DNA of 64,000 bases from Escherichia coli (GCF_048403405.1 NZ_CP183129.1), one strand, 5' to 3'; numbered from the stretch's first letter, positions 14,293 to 27,532 are shown. Notes: a model not told the origin generated them from the sequence alone. Translations and numbers: made by a program.

Positions 14293-14347
14293 GTCATGGA
14301 TTAGCGACGTCTGATGACGTAATTTCTGCCTCGGAGGTATTTAAACA

Positions 14348-15046
14348 ATGAATAAAATCCTGTTAGTTGATGATGACCGAGAGCTGACTTCCCTATTAAA
14401 GGAGCTGCTCGAGATGGAAGGCTTCAACGTGATTGTTGCCCACGATGGGGAACAGGCGCTTGATCTTCTGGACGACAGCATTGATTTACTTTTGCTTGAT
14501 GTAATGATGCCGAAGAAAAATGGTATCGACACATTAAAAGCACTTCGCCAGACACACCAGACGCCTGTCATTATGTTGACGGCGCGCGGCAGTGAACTTG
14601 ATCGCGTTCTCGGCCTTGAGCTGGGCGCAGATGACTATCTCCCGAAACCGTTTAATGATCGTGAGCTGGTGGCACGTATTCGCGCGATCCTGCGCCGTTC
14701 GCACTGGAGCGAGCAACAGCAAAACAACGACAACGGTTCACCGACACTGGAAGTTGATGCCTTAGTGCTGAATCCAGGCCGTCAGGAAGCCAGCTTCGAC
14801 GGGCAAACGCTGGAGTTAACCGGCACTGAGTTTACCCTGCTCTATTTGCTGGCACAGCATCTGGGTCAGGTAGTTTCCCGTGAACATTTAAGCCAGGAAG
14901 TGCTGGGCAAACGCCTGACGCCTTTCGACCGCGCTATTGATATGCACATTTCCAACCTGCGTCGTAAACTGCCGGATCGTAAAGATGGTCACCCGTGGTT
15001 TAAAACCTTGCGTGGTCGCGGCTATCTGATGGTTTCTGCTTCATGA
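14348..15046 (+). CDS. cpxR: Envelope stress response regulator CpxR (232 aa)
   Basis: OmpR-family receiver plus winged-helix translation; overlaps cpxA start by 4 nt (ATGA). Confidence 0.97.
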   Translation: MNKILLVDDDRELTSLLKELLEMEGFNVIVAHDGEQALDLLDDSIDLLLLDVMMPKKNGIDTLKALRQTHQTPVIMLTARGSELDRVLGLELGADDYLPKPFNDRELVARIRAILRRSHWSEQQQNNDNGSPTLEVDALVLNPGRQEASFDGQTLELTGTEFTLLYLLAQHLGQVVSREHLSQEVLGKRLTPFDRAIDMHISNLRRKLPDRKDGHPWFKTLRGRGYLMVSAS

Positions 15047-16416
15047 TAGGCAGCTTAACCGCGCGCATCTTCGCCATCTTCTGGCTGACGCTGGCGCTGG
15101 TGTTGATGTTGGTTTTGATGTTACCCAAGCTCGATTCACGCCAGATGACCGAGCTTCTGGATAGCGAACAGCGTCAGGGTCTGATGATTGAGCAGCATGT
15201 CGAAGCGGAGCTGGCGAACGATCCGCCCAATGATTTAATGTGGTGGCGGCGTCTGTTCCGGGCGATTGATAAGTGGGCACCGCCAGGACAGCGTTTGTTA
15301 TTGGTGACCACCGAAGGCCGCGTGATCGGCGCTGAACGCAGCGAAATGCAGATCATTCGTAACTTTATTGGTCAGGCCGATAACGCCGATCATCCGCAGA
15401 AGAAAAAGTATGGACGCGTGGAACTGGTCGGTCCGTTCTCCGTGCGTGATGGCGAAGATAATTACCAACTTTATCTGATTCGTCCGGCCAGCAGTTCTCA
15501 ATCCGATTTCATTAACTTACTGTTTGACCGCCCGCTATTACTGCTGATTGTCACCATGTTGGTCAGTACGCCGCTGCTGTTGTGGTTGGCCTGGAGTCTG
15601 GCAAAACCGGCGCGTAAGCTGAAAAACGCGGCCGATGAAGTTGCCCAGGGAAACTTACGTCAGCACCCGGAACTGGAAGCGGGGCCACAGGAATTCCTTG
15701 CCGCAGGTGCCAGTTTTAACCAGATGGTCACCGCGCTGGAGCGCATGATGACCTCTCAGCAGCGTCTACTTTCTGATATCTCTCACGAACTGCGCACCCC
15801 GCTGACGCGTCTGCAACTGGGTACGGCGTTACTGCGCCGTCGTAGCGGTGAAAGCAAGGAACTGGAGCGTATTGAAACCGAAGCGCAACGTCTGGACAGC
15901 ATGATCAACGATCTGTTGGTGATGTCACGTAATCAGCAGAAAAATGCGCTGGTTAGCGAGACCATCAAAGCCAACCAGTTGTGGAGTGAAGTGCTGGATA
16001 ACGCGGCGTTCGAAGCCGAGCAGATGGGCAAGTCGTTGACGGTTAACTTCCCGCCTGGGCCGTGGCCGCTGTACGGCAATCCGAACGCCCTGGAAAGTGC
16101 GCTGGAAAACATTGTTCGTAATGCTCTGCGTTATTCCCATACGAAGATTGAAGTGGGCTTTGCGGTAGATAAAGACGGTATCACCATTACGGTGGACGAC
16201 GATGGTCCTGGCGTTAGCCCGGAAGATCGCGAACAGATTTTCCGTCCGTTCTATCGGACCGATGAAGCACGCGATCGTGAATCTGGCGGTACAGGTTTGG
16301 GGCTGGCGATTGTTGAAACCGCCATTCAGCAGCATCGTGGCTGGGTTAAAGCGGAAGACAGCCCGCTGGGCGGTTTACGGCTGGTGATTTGGTTGCCGCT
16401 GTATAAGCGGAGTTAA
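15043..16416 (+). CDS. cpxA: Envelope stress sensor histidine kinase CpxA (457 aa)
   Basis: HAMP, HisKA (SHELRTPLT) and HATPase regions present. Confidence 0.97.
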   Translation: MIGSLTARIFAIFWLTLALVLMLVLMLPKLDSRQMTELLDSEQRQGLMIEQHVEAELANDPPNDLMWWRRLFRAIDKWAPPGQRLLLVTTEGRVIGAERSEMQIIRNFIGQADNADHPQKKKYGRVELVGPFSVRDGEDNYQLYLIRPASSSQSDFINLLFDRPLLLLIVTMLVSTPLLLWLAWSLAKPARKLKNAADEVAQGNLRQHPELEAGPQEFLAAGASFNQMVTALERMMTSQQRLLSDISHELRTPLTRLQLGTALLRRRSGESKELERIETEAQRLDSMINDLLVMSRNQQKNALVSETIKANQLWSEVLDNAAFEAEQMGKSLTVNFPPGPWPLYGNPNALESALENIVRNALRYSHTKIEVGFAVDKDGITITVDDDGPGVSPEDREQIFRPFYRTDEARDRESGGTGLGLAIVETAIQQHRGWVKAEDSPLGGLRLVIWLPLYKRS

Positions 16417-16439
16417 ACTCGGCGCAGAGCCGTCCCCTT

Positions 16440-16620
16440 CGGGGTGAAGACAACAGGTCAGCACTGTGCGAACTGATACCCTCACCCCGGCCCTCTCCCT
16501 GAAAGGGCGAGGGGGAAAAACGTAGCCCTGTTCAGCAACGGAGCTGAGCACCGCTCCGGACAGTCCCCTCGCCCCTCTGGGGAGAGGGTTAGGGTGAGGG
16601 GAAAAATTCAGCACAATGCA
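16440..16620. repeat. GC-rich compound imperfect palindrome between cpxA and yiiM
   Basis: CCCTCACCCCGGCCCTCTCCC...GGGCGAGGGGG mirrored by CCCCTCGCCCCTC...GGGAGAGGGTTAGGGTGAGGGG about 80 bp away. Confidence 0.6.
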
Positions 16621-16671
16621 AACGGCACTGCTCTCACCGGAAACCATGCCAGATTTCGTATTAAGGCAGAC

Positions 16672-17346
16672 TTATTTTCCCCACAACCGGCGGGAAAAAT
16701 CTTCGATCTTGCCGCTCAGTCGGCGCTTTTGCATCGTCCGCGTCCAGCTTTTCGATAACCCGGCGGCGGAGAGTAAACGGTGATACTGCTCGTCATCAAA
16801 CGGCATATGCCATGCGATGGCGGCAGCCTCCTGCACGGTCACATCACTGACACGGGAAACCAACTCCAGCGGCGCATCAGCAGATACCAACCCTGGCGCA
16901 ATCACGCTATACAACCACCCCACTTTACCCGTGTTTTGCATCAACTGCGCTATATCGCTGATATCAAAATGGTAATTGAGTTTATAGCAAGGTGAGCGTG
17001 GCTGGCTGACCTGAATTAATGCCTCTCCCCAGCGGAAAATATCGCCAATATAAACATTACTTTCCGTCAGACCGTCGGTTGAGAGATTTTCGCCAAACGC
17101 AGGCGCAACAAACAACTCCGCCTGTTCCGGAAATTCCCGCGCCCAGTAGAGATAGTGCTCACGAGGATAATGACACAGCGCTCTGTCTGGCCCGCCGTGA
17201 ACCTTTTTCTCCGCCTGCTCGTCACCTTCCAGCCCCAGCTCCGTCAGCATCAACTCACCATCAACCTGGATTTTAGCAATTGCGCTGGGTTTGCCTTCGG
17301 GATAAGCCTGAATCTTGCCTGTGTATACATCAACCGGATATCGCAT
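16672..17346 (-). CDS. yiiM: MOSC-domain protein YiiM (224 aa)
   Basis: Translation from MRYPVDVYTGKIQAYPEGKP...; MOSC family; synteny. Confidence 0.9.
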   Translation of the reverse strand: MRYPVDVYTGKIQAYPEGKPSAIAKIQVDGELMLTELGLEGDEQAEKKVHGGPDRALCHYPREHYLYWAREFPEQAELFVAPAFGENLSTDGLTESNVYIGDIFRWGEALIQVSQPRSPCYKLNYHFDISDIAQLMQNTGKVGWLYSVIAPGLVSADAPLELVSRVSDVTVQEAAAIAWHMPFDDEQYHRLLSAAGLSKSWTRTMQKRRLSGKIEDFSRRLWGK

Positions 17347-17494
17347 CTGTTCCCTCTCCACGAGAAATTTCCCCATTAGACCATATTTATTTTATGTCAG
17401 GCGTGCTGTTTTCGCGGTAAGTATCCAGGCAGGAACTCAATAGCAAACCGGACGAACGTTAGTTCATCCGGCTGTGGGGATTAAGGAAGCAGGT

Positions 17495-18439
17495 TTATTT
17501 CACCGTACCTAAAATTTCGATTTTCGCTGCTCTGGCTTTGACTTTACGTGACCAGATAGAGGTAAGAATTGGCACCAGAATCGAAGTCACAATGACCGCC
17601 GTCGCGACCAGCGAAGTTGCTGCCGGAGCCATCGGTTTAAACGCAGGCACCATTTCTGCAATCAGCACAGGTGTCGCTACCGCGGCCCCTGCGGAACTGG
17701 AAGCGGCAATTCCGGCAGTGCCATCGCCACCGCCAATCAATTTATCGGCGATAATCAACGGAATACCGGTCACGATAATTACTGCCACACCCAACAGGAT
17801 CCCCAGCAAACCTGTCTGGGCAATTACAGTCAAATCAATGGTATTGCCCAGCGCGAAGGCAAAGAATGGAATCAGCGTCTGCACCGCTTTGCTGAAAAAT
17901 TCTCGTAATTCAGGGTCAAGGTTCCCAAGGGCAAAGCCCACCAGGAACGGTAATACTGCGCCGACGAAAACATGCGGTTCAAACGAGGCAATCCCGGCAG
18001 TGCCCAGAATAATCATCGTCATGAGCGGCCCGGACTCCAATGACATCAACACAAATGCCCCAGCTTCTTCTTTTGTGCCGTACTGCTGCATGATGGAAGC
18101 GTAAAGTCCGCCGTTGGTCATATCCATCGCCGCCACCAGCGCCAGCGTTGAAAGTCCGGCAAAGAATCCAACTTCAACACCATGTTCCGGAATAATGCGC
18201 GAGGCAATTGCCGCAACCACCCACGCGACGGCAATTTTTGTTACCACCAGCGTACCGGATTTACGCAATACCGTTCCCGTCGCGCTTAATTGTATTGACG
18301 CCCCCATGCAAAAAAACCACACCGCCAGAATGGGCACCGTACCGGTAATCATCCCGTTGGTGAATGATCCAAAATATTTCCCCGCCTCCGGCGAGAAGGT
18401 GTGGCACAGTGCGCCAAGGAATAGCGGGACGAGCATCAT
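17495..18439 (-). CDS. kdgT: 2-keto-3-deoxygluconate permease KdgT, in-frame portion only (314 aa; the 13-codon N-terminal extension seen in K-12 is out of frame here)
   Basis: Translation [29 protein letters not shown]...; upstream codons for [13 protein letters not shown] are in the -1 frame and hit a stop. Confidence 0.85.
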   Translation of the reverse strand: MMLVPLFLGALCHTFSPEAGKYFGSFTNGMITGTVPILAVWFFCMGASIQLSATGTVLRKSGTLVVTKIAVAWVVAAIASRIIPEHGVEVGFFAGLSTLALVAAMDMTNGGLYASIMQQYGTKEEAGAFVLMSLESGPLMTMIILGTAGIASFEPHVFVGAVLPFLVGFALGNLDPELREFFSKAVQTLIPFFAFALGNTIDLTVIAQTGLLGILLGVAVIIVTGIPLIIADKLIGGGDGTAGIAASSSAGAAVATPVLIAEMVPAFKPMAPAATSLVATAVIVTSILVPILTSIWSRKVKARAAKIEILGTVK

Positions 18440-18596
18440 CCCCCCGGGATTTTCTCAATCGAGCGTTTTATCTGCATTTCCATCACCTGTCGGCATATTT
18501 TTAAGGGCTGATGCGTAATTCCTCAATGGAGCATCAGTGTTGATGGAAACGAAGATAGACATTCATTTAATCAATAAAAGTGATCAAAACCACATC

Positions 18597-18618
18597 AATT
18601 GAAACACTGTTTTATTTT
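18597..18618. promoter_or_regulatory. Candidate KdgR operator in kdgT promoter region
   Basis: AATTGAAACACTGTTTTATTT resembles the KdgR palindromic operator (TGAAAC...GTTTCA type). Confidence 0.5.
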
Positions 18619-18654
18619 TATCGGATCATTGTTTTTATTTTGAAATTGATCACA

Positions 18655-19366
18655 AATAAATATCCTCCGGCATAGCCGGAGGTTTTTCAAATGCGCCTAT
18701 AAGGCTCTCTTACCAGCCGCGCCCTAACAGGCGCACACGATCTGACATTTGCATCCAACTTCGTTACTTACGGCCCGTAAACGGGCTGCCCGGATAGGGA
18801 ATCGATAACTGCTCTCCCATTTTATCCTCTTCAAGCTGGTGCTTTATGTAATCCTGTATCTTCGCCGTGTTCTTACCCACCGTATCGACGTAGTACCCTC
18901 TGCACCAGAACTCCCTGTTCCTGTATTTGAATTTCAAATCACCAAACTGCTCGTAAAGCATCAGACTGCTTTTCCCTTTCAGATATCCCATAAAGCCGGA
19001 TACGCTCATTTTGGGCGGGATCTCCACAAGCATATGGATATGATCTGCACAGCATTCAGCTTCCAGAATCCGTACACTTTTCCACTCACACAGCTTTCTC
19101 AAAATACTGCCTATTGCTCTACGCTTCTCTCTGTAGAACACCTGTCTTCGGTATTTTGGCGCAAAAACTATGTGATATTTACAGTTCCATCGGGTGTGCG
19201 CTAAGCTCTTTTCGTTCCCCATTGGGACCCCCTTTTGATTTCTTGTTTGACACTTGCAGTTGCCAGACCGCAAGGTGTTTTAACAAATCAAAAGGGGTTT
19301 TAATAACTGGCTTAAAGCTGAAAGCTTTCCGGAACCCCCAGCCTAGCTGGGGGTTTTCTGTGCACA
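18655..19366 (-). mobile_element. IS200 insertion sequence (about 0.71 kb, IS200/IS605 family); ends approximate (about +/-15 bp)
   Basis: Contains 152-aa Y1 (HUH) transposase ORF, left-end palindrome AACCCCCAGCCTAGCTGGGGGTT (19333-19355) and a right-end stem-loop CTCCGGC-ata-GCCGGAG (about 18663-18690). Confidence 0.8.
18764..19222 (-). CDS. tnpA: IS200 transposase TnpA (Y1/HUH type, 152 aa)
   Basis: Translation MGNEKSLAHTRWNCKYHIVFAPKYRRQVFY...HIHMLVEIPPK...YIKHQ; HxH motif and catalytic Tyr region; SD AAGGGGG upstream of ATG. Confidence 0.92.
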   Translation of the reverse strand: MGNEKSLAHTRWNCKYHIVFAPKYRRQVFYREKRRAIGSILRKLCEWKSVRILEAECCADHIHMLVEIPPKMSVSGFMGYLKGKSSLMLYEQFGDLKFKYRNREFWCRGYYVDTVGKNTAKIQDYIKHQLEEDKMGEQLSIPYPGSPFTGRK

Positions 19367-19368
19367 AC

Positions 19369-19394
19369 AAAAAAACCACCGCCGTTGGCGATGG
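19369..19394 (-). terminator. Rho-independent terminator of sodA
   Basis: On minus strand CCATCGCC-aac-GGCGGTGG stem followed by T7 run; lies just before the IS200 left end. Confidence 0.65.
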
Positions 19395-19451
19395 TTCATT
19401 TTTTAAGCTGATATGCGGCGTAAACGCCTCATTGCAGCAGGCGGCAAATGA

Positions 19452-20072
19452 TTATTTTTTCGCCGCGAAACGTGCCGCTGCTTCGTCCCAGTTCACCACG
19501 TTCCAGAACTCTTTGATGTAGTCAGGACGGCGGTTCTGGAATTTCAGGTAGTAAGCATGTTCCCACACATCCAGGCCCAGAATCGGGAAGCCGGAAGCGC
19601 CAGAAATAGCTTCACCCATCAGCGGGGAGTCCTGGTTAGCAGTAGAAACCACCGCCAGTTTATCGCCTTTCAGCACCAGCCATGCCCAGCCGGAACCAAA
19701 GCGGGAAGCTGCCGCTTTTTCAAATTCTGCTTTGAAGTTATCAACGGAGCCGAAGTCACGTTCGATAGCCGCTTTCAGGTCACCCTGCAGGGTGGTGCCT
19801 TTTTTCAGACCTTTCCAGAACAGGCTGTGGTTAGCGTGACCGCCAGCGTTGTTGCGCAGTACGGTTTTCTTGTCTGCTGGCAGCTGGTCCAGTTTGGTGA
19901 TCAGCTCTTCAACCGGCAGGTTGGCAAATTCTGGCAGGCTTTCCAGCGCCGCGTTGGCGTTGTTGACGTAGGTCTGATGGTGTTTGGTGTGGTGGATTTC
20001 CATGGTCTGCTTATCGAAGTGCGGTTCCAGGGCATCGTAAGCATACGGCAGGGATGGCAGGGTATAACTCAT
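19452..20072 (-). CDS. sodA: Manganese superoxide dismutase SodA (206 aa)
   Basis: Translation from [38 protein letters not shown] is canonical Mn-SOD. Confidence 0.98.
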   Translation of the reverse strand: MSYTLPSLPYAYDALEPHFDKQTMEIHHTKHHQTYVNNANAALESLPEFANLPVEELITKLDQLPADKKTVLRNNAGGHANHSLFWKGLKKGTTLQGDLKAAIERDFGSVDNFKAEFEKAAASRFGSGWAWLVLKGDKLAVVSTANQDSPLMGEAISGASGFPILGLDVWEHAYYLKFQNRRPDYIKEFWNVVNWDEAAARFAAKK

Positions 20073-20146
20073 ATTCATCTCCAGTGTTGTCGGGCGGCCG
20101 ATTGTTAATGCCGCGTAAGCAGTTGGTTCATTATAGTTAATTAAAT

Positions 20147-20165
20147 GATATTGAAAATGATTATC
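20147..20165 (-). promoter_or_regulatory. Fur box in sodA promoter
   Basis: Minus-strand reading GATAATCATTTTCAATATC, close to the Fur consensus GATAATGATAATCATTATC. Confidence 0.7.
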
Positions 20166-20356
20166 AATGCCGTACTTTTCGTAAGGGTATGGTTTTGCAG
20201 GAAAATGCCCGAGATGTGAAGCAAATCACCCACTTAATGCCGTGATTGCCAGTAAATCGACAACGGCGGCAACAGGCGAAAGGTTAATCGACAGCACGAT
20301 TTTTACACTCATCTCGTCGGAGATGTGACGCGACGAAAAATGATGAGGATAAGAAG

Positions 20357-21391
20357 ATGAGTAACGCGATTACGATGGGGATATTTTGGCATTTGATCGG
20401 CGCGGCCAGTGCAGCCTGTTTTTACGCTCCGTTCAAAAAAGTAAAAAAATGGTCATGGGAAACCATGTGGTCAGTTGGTGGGATTGTTTCGTGGATTATT
20501 CTGCCGTGGGCCATCAGCGCCCTGTTACTACCGAATTTCTGGGCGTATTACAGCTCGTTTAGTCTCTCTACGCTGCTGCCTGTTTTTCTGTTCGGCGCAA
20601 TGTGGGGGATTGGTAATATCAACTACGGCCTGACCATGCGTTATCTCGGCATGTCGATGGGGATTGGTATCGCCATTGGTATCACGTTGATTGTTGGTAC
20701 GCTGATGACGCCAATTATCAACGGCAATTTCGATGTGTTGATCAATACCGAAGGTGGACGCATGACATTGCTCGGCGTTCTGGTGGCGCTGATTGGTGTA
20801 GGGATTGTGACTCGCGCCGGGCAGTTGAAAGAGCGCAAGATGGGCATTAAAGCCGAAGAGTTCAACCTGAAAAAAGGGCTGGTGCTGGCGGTGATGTGCG
20901 GCATTTTCTCTGCCGGAATGTCCTTTGCGATGAACGCCGCAAAACCGATGCATGAAGCCGCTGCCGCACTGGGCGTCGATCCACTGTATGTCGCTCTGCC
21001 AAGCTATGTTGTCATCATGGGCGGCGGCGCGATCATTAACCTCGGTTTCTGCTTCATTCGTCTGGCAAAAGTGAAGGATTTGTCGCTAAAAGCCGACTTC
21101 TCGCTGGCAAAACCGCTGATCATTCACAATGTGTTACTCTCAGCACTGGGCGGGTTGATGTGGTATCTGCAATTCTTTTTCTATGCCTGGGGCCACGCGC
21201 GTATTCCGGCGCAGTATGACTACATCAGCTGGATGCTGCATATGAGCTTCTATGTATTGTGCGGCGGTATCGTCGGGCTGGTGCTCAAAGAGTGGAACAA
21301 TGCAGGTCGCCGTCCGGTAACGGTGTTGAGCCTCGGTTGTGTAGTGATTATTGTCGCCGCCAACATCGTCGGCATGGGCATGGCGAATTAA
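20357..21391 (+). CDS. rhaT: L-rhamnose-proton symporter RhaT (344 aa)
   Basis: 10-TM DMT-type permease; translation [29 protein letters not shown]... Confidence 0.95.
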   Translation: MSNAITMGIFWHLIGAASAACFYAPFKKVKKWSWETMWSVGGIVSWIILPWAISALLLPNFWAYYSSFSLSTLLPVFLFGAMWGIGNINYGLTMRYLGMSMGIGIAIGITLIVGTLMTPIINGNFDVLINTEGGRMTLLGVLVALIGVGIVTRAGQLKERKMGIKAEEFNLKKGLVLAVMCGIFSAGMSFAMNAAKPMHEAAAALGVDPLYVALPSYVVIMGGGAIINLGFCFIRLAKVKDLSLKADFSLAKPLIIHNVLLSALGGLMWYLQFFFYAWGHARIPAQYDYISWMLHMSFYVLCGGIVGLVLKEWNNAGRRPVTVLSLGCVVIIVAANIVGMGMAN

Positions 21392-22236
21392 TCTTTCTGC
21401 GAATTGAGATGACGCCACTGGCTGGGCGTCATCCCGGTTTCCCGGGTAAACACCACCGAAAAATAGTTACTATCTTCAAAGCCACATTCGGTTGAAATAT
21501 CACTGATTAACAGGCGGCTATGCTGGAGAAGATATTGCGCATGACACACTCTGACCTGCCGCAGATATTGATTGATGGTCATGCCAGTCTGCTGGCGAAA
21601 TTGCTGACGCAAAACGCGCTCACTGCACGATGCCTCATCACAAAATTTATCCAGCGCAAAGGGACTTTTCAGGCTGGCCGCCAGCCGGGTAATCAGCTTA
21701 TCCAGCAACGTTTCGCTGGATGTTGGCGGCAACGAATCGCTGGTGTAACGATGGCGATTCAGCAACATCACCAACTGCCCGAACAGCAACTCTGCCATTT
21801 CGTTAGCAAACGGCACATGCTGACTACTTTCATGCTCAAGTTGACCGATAACCTGCCGCGCCTGCGCCATCCCCACGCTACCTAAGCGCCAGTGTGGCTG
21901 CCCTGCGCTGGCACTAAATCCCGGAATCGCCCCCTGCCAGTCAAGATTCAGCTTCAGCCGCTCCGGGCAATAAATAATATTCTGCAAAACCAGATCGTTA
22001 ACGGAAGCGTAGGAGTGTTTATCGTCAGCATGAATGTAAAAGAGATCGCCACGGGTAATGCGATAAGGGCGATCGTTGAGTACATGCAGACCATTACCGC
22101 GCCAGACAATCACCAGCTCACAAAAATCATGTGTATGTTCGGCAAAGACATCTTGCGGATAACGGTCAGCCACAGCGACTGCCTGCTGGTCGCTGGCAAA
22201 AAAATCATCTTTGAGAAGTTTTAACTGATGCGCCAC
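21388..22236 (-). CDS. rhaR: AraC-family activator RhaR (282 aa, GTG start)
   Basis: Cupin plus AraC HTH; GTG at 22236 gives the 282-aa product starting [13 protein letters not shown]. Confidence 0.88.
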   Translation of the reverse strand: MAHQLKLLKDDFFASDQQAVAVADRYPQDVFAEHTHDFCELVIVWRGNGLHVLNDRPYRITRGDLFYIHADDKHSYASVNDLVLQNIIYCPERLKLNLDWQGAIPGFSASAGQPHWRLGSVGMAQARQVIGQLEHESSQHVPFANEMAELLFGQLVMLLNRHRYTSDSLPPTSSETLLDKLITRLAASLKSPFALDKFCDEASCSERVLRQQFRQQTGMTINQYLRQVRVCHAQYLLQHSRLLISDISTECGFEDSNYFSVVFTRETGMTPSQWRHLNSQKD

Positions 22237-22309
22237 CGTGGCTACCTCGGCCAGAGAACGAAGTTGATTATTCGCAATATGGCGTACAAATACGTTGAGA
22301 AGATTCGCG

Positions 22310-23146
22310 TTATTGCAGAAAACCATCCCGTCCCTGACGAATATCACGCGGTGACCAGTTAAACTCTCGGCGAAAAAGCGTCGAAAAGTGGTTACTGTCG
22401 CTGAATCCGCAGCGATAGGCGATGTCAGTAACGCTGGCCTCGCTGTGGCGTAGCAGATGTCGGGCTTTCATCAGTCGCAGGCGGTTCAGGTAACGCTGAG
22501 GCGTCAGTCCCGTTTTCTGCTTAAGCTGCCGATGTAGCGTACGCAGCGAAAGAGAAAATTGATCCGCCACGGCATCCCAATTTACCTCATCGGCAAAATG
22601 GTCCTCCAGCCAGGCCAGAAGCAAGTTGAGACGTGACGCGCTGTTTTCCAGGTTCTCCTGCAAACTGCTTTTACGCAGCAAGAGCAGTAATTGCATAAAT
22701 AAGATCTCGCGACTGGCGGTCGAGGGTAAATCATTTTCCTCTTCCTGCTGTTCCATCTGTGCAACCAGCTGTCGCACCTGCTGCAACACGCTGTGGTTAA
22801 CGCGCCAGTGAGACGGATACTGCCCATCCAGCTCTTGTGGCAGCAACTGATTCAGCCCGGCGAGAAACTGAAATCGATCCGGCGAGCGATACAGCACATT
22901 GGTCAGACACAGATTATCGGTATGTTCATACAGATGCCGATCATGATCGCGTACGAAACAGACCGTGCCACCGGTGATGGTATAGGGCTGCCCATTAAAC
23001 ACATGAATACCCGTGCCATGTTCGACAATCACAATTTCATGAAAATCATGATGATGTTCAGGAAAATCCGCCTGCGGGAGCCGGGGTTCTATCGCCACGG
23101 ACGCGTTACCAGACGGAAAAAAATCCACACTATGTAATACGGTCAT
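22310..23146 (-). CDS. rhaS: AraC-family activator RhaS (278 aa)
   Basis: Translation [41 protein letters not shown]... matches RhaS. Confidence 0.95.
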   Translation of the reverse strand: MTVLHSVDFFPSGNASVAIEPRLPQADFPEHHHDFHEIVIVEHGTGIHVFNGQPYTITGGTVCFVRDHDRHLYEHTDNLCLTNVLYRSPDRFQFLAGLNQLLPQELDGQYPSHWRVNHSVLQQVRQLVAQMEQQEEENDLPSTASREILFMQLLLLLRKSSLQENLENSASRLNLLLAWLEDHFADEVNWDAVADQFSLSLRTLHRQLKQKTGLTPQRYLNRLRLMKARHLLRHSEASVTDIAYRCGFSDSNHFSTLFRREFNWSPRDIRQGRDGFLQ

Positions 23147-26159
<3,013 letters not shown>

Positions 26160-26164
26160 ACACT

Positions 26165-26290
26165 GCCTGATGCGGCGCAAGCGCCTTATCCGGCCTACGG
26201 GTCGGCAATAGTTGTAGGCCTGATAAGACGCGACAGCGTCGCATCAGGCATTGATTGCCGGATGCGGCACGAGTGCCTTATCCGGCCTAC
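26165..26290. repeat. BIME: three REP elements between rhaA and rhaD
   Basis: GCCTGATGCGGCGCAAGCGCCTTATCCGGCCTAC, inverted GTAGGCCTGATAAGACGCGACAGCGTCGCATCAGGC, and GCCGGATGCGGCACGAGTGCCTTATCCGGCCTAC. Confidence 0.9.
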
Positions 26291-26343
26291 AGATCGTATA
26301 TCCGGCAACAGGCACGGACGTCCAATTAACAGGAACACAGAAC

Positions 26344-27168
26344 ATGCAAAACATTACCCAGTCCTGGTTTGTCCAGGGAATGATCAAAGCCACCACCGAC
26401 GCCTGGCTGAAAGGCTGGGACGAGCGCAATGGTGGTAACCTGACGCTGCGCCTGGATGACGCCGATATCGCGCCTTATCACGGCAACTTTCATGCACAAC
26501 CGCGCTATATCCCGCTCAGCCAGCCCATGCCTTTACTGGCAAATACACCGTTTATTGTCACCGGCTCCGGCAAATTCTTCCGCAACGTCCAGCTTGATCC
26601 TGCGGCTAACTTAGGCGTCGTAAAAGTCGACAGCGACGGCGCGGGCTACCACATTCTCTGGGGGCTAACTCACGAAGCCGTTCCAACCTCTGAACTTCCG
26701 GCGCACTTCCTCTCTCATTGCGAACGCATTAAAGCCACCAACGGTAAAGATCGGGTGATCATGCACTGCCATGCCACCAACCTGATCGCCCTTACCTACG
26801 TACTGGAAAACGACACCGCGGTCTTCACTCGCCAACTGTGGGAAGGCAGCACCGAATGTCTGGTAGTGTTCCCGGATGGCGTCGGCATTTTGCCGTGGAT
26901 GGTGCCCGGCACCGACGAAATCGGCCAGGCGACCGCACAGGAAATGCAAAAACATTCGCTGGTGTTGTGGCCCTTCCACGGCGTCTTCGGCAGCGGTCCG
27001 ACACTGGATGAAACATTCGGTTTAATCGACACCGCAGAAAAATCAGCACAAGTATTAGTGAAGGCTTATTCGATGGGCGGCATGAAACAGACCATCAGCC
27101 GTGAAGAGCTGATAGCGCTCGGCCAGCGTTTCGGCGTTACACCACTCGCCAGTGCGCTGGCGCTGTAA
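26344..27168 (+). CDS. rhaD: Rhamnulose-1-phosphate aldolase RhaD (274 aa)
   Basis: Class II aldolase translation from [32 protein letters not shown]. Confidence 0.96.
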   Translation: MQNITQSWFVQGMIKATTDAWLKGWDERNGGNLTLRLDDADIAPYHGNFHAQPRYIPLSQPMPLLANTPFIVTGSGKFFRNVQLDPAANLGVVKVDSDGAGYHILWGLTHEAVPTSELPAHFLSHCERIKATNGKDRVIMHCHATNLIALTYVLENDTAVFTRQLWEGSTECLVVFPDGVGILPWMVPGTDEIGQATAQEMQKHSLVLWPFHGVFGSGPTLDETFGLIDTAEKSAQVLVKAYSMGGMKQTISREELIALGQRFGVTPLASALAL

Positions 27169-27177
27169 GGAGCAAAC

Positions 27178-27492
27178 ATGATCCGCAAAGCCTTTGTCAT
27201 GCAGGTTAACCCCGACGCCCACGAAGAGTATCAGCGTCGGCATAATCCAATCTGGCCGGAACTGGAAGCAGTGTTGAAATCTCACGGTGCGCATAACTAC
27301 GCCATTTACCTCGACAAAGCGCGTAATCTGCTATTTGCCACAGTAGAGATTGAATCTGAAGAACGGTGGAATGCGGTAGCCAGTACTGATGTTTGCCAAC
27401 GTTGGTGGAAATATATGACCGACGTTATGCCAGCTAACCCGGATAACAGCCCAGTCAGTAGCGAGCTGCAAGACGTGTTTTACCTGCCTTAA
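27178..27492 (+). CDS. rhaM: L-rhamnose mutarotase RhaM (104 aa)
   Basis: Translation [46 protein letters not shown]... matches RhaM/YiiL. Confidence 0.95.
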   Translation: MIRKAFVMQVNPDAHEEYQRRHNPIWPELEAVLKSHGAHNYAIYLDKARNLLFATVEIESEERWNAVASTDVCQRWWKYMTDVMPANPDNSPVSSELQDVFYLP

Positions 27493-27497
27493 TGAGT

Positions 27498-27532
27498 TGC
27501 GGTGCCGGAAAATATCCAGCACCGCGCCTTCA
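27498..27532. terminator. Hairpin between convergent rhaM and porin gene
   Basis: GCGGTGC-CGGAAAATATCCAG-CACCGC inverted repeat in the 40-bp gap. Confidence 0.5.

Noticed and set aside
16375-16647. 90-aa ORF spanning the GC-rich palindromic repeat
   Set aside because: Translation (PHPNPLPRGARGLSG...) comes from repeat sequence; no RBS; better explained as an intergenic repeat
21388-22347. Long 319-aa version of rhaR overlapping rhaS
   Set aside because: Internal GTG at 22236 gives the 282-aa AraC-family product; the upstream extension would overlap the rhaS 3' end
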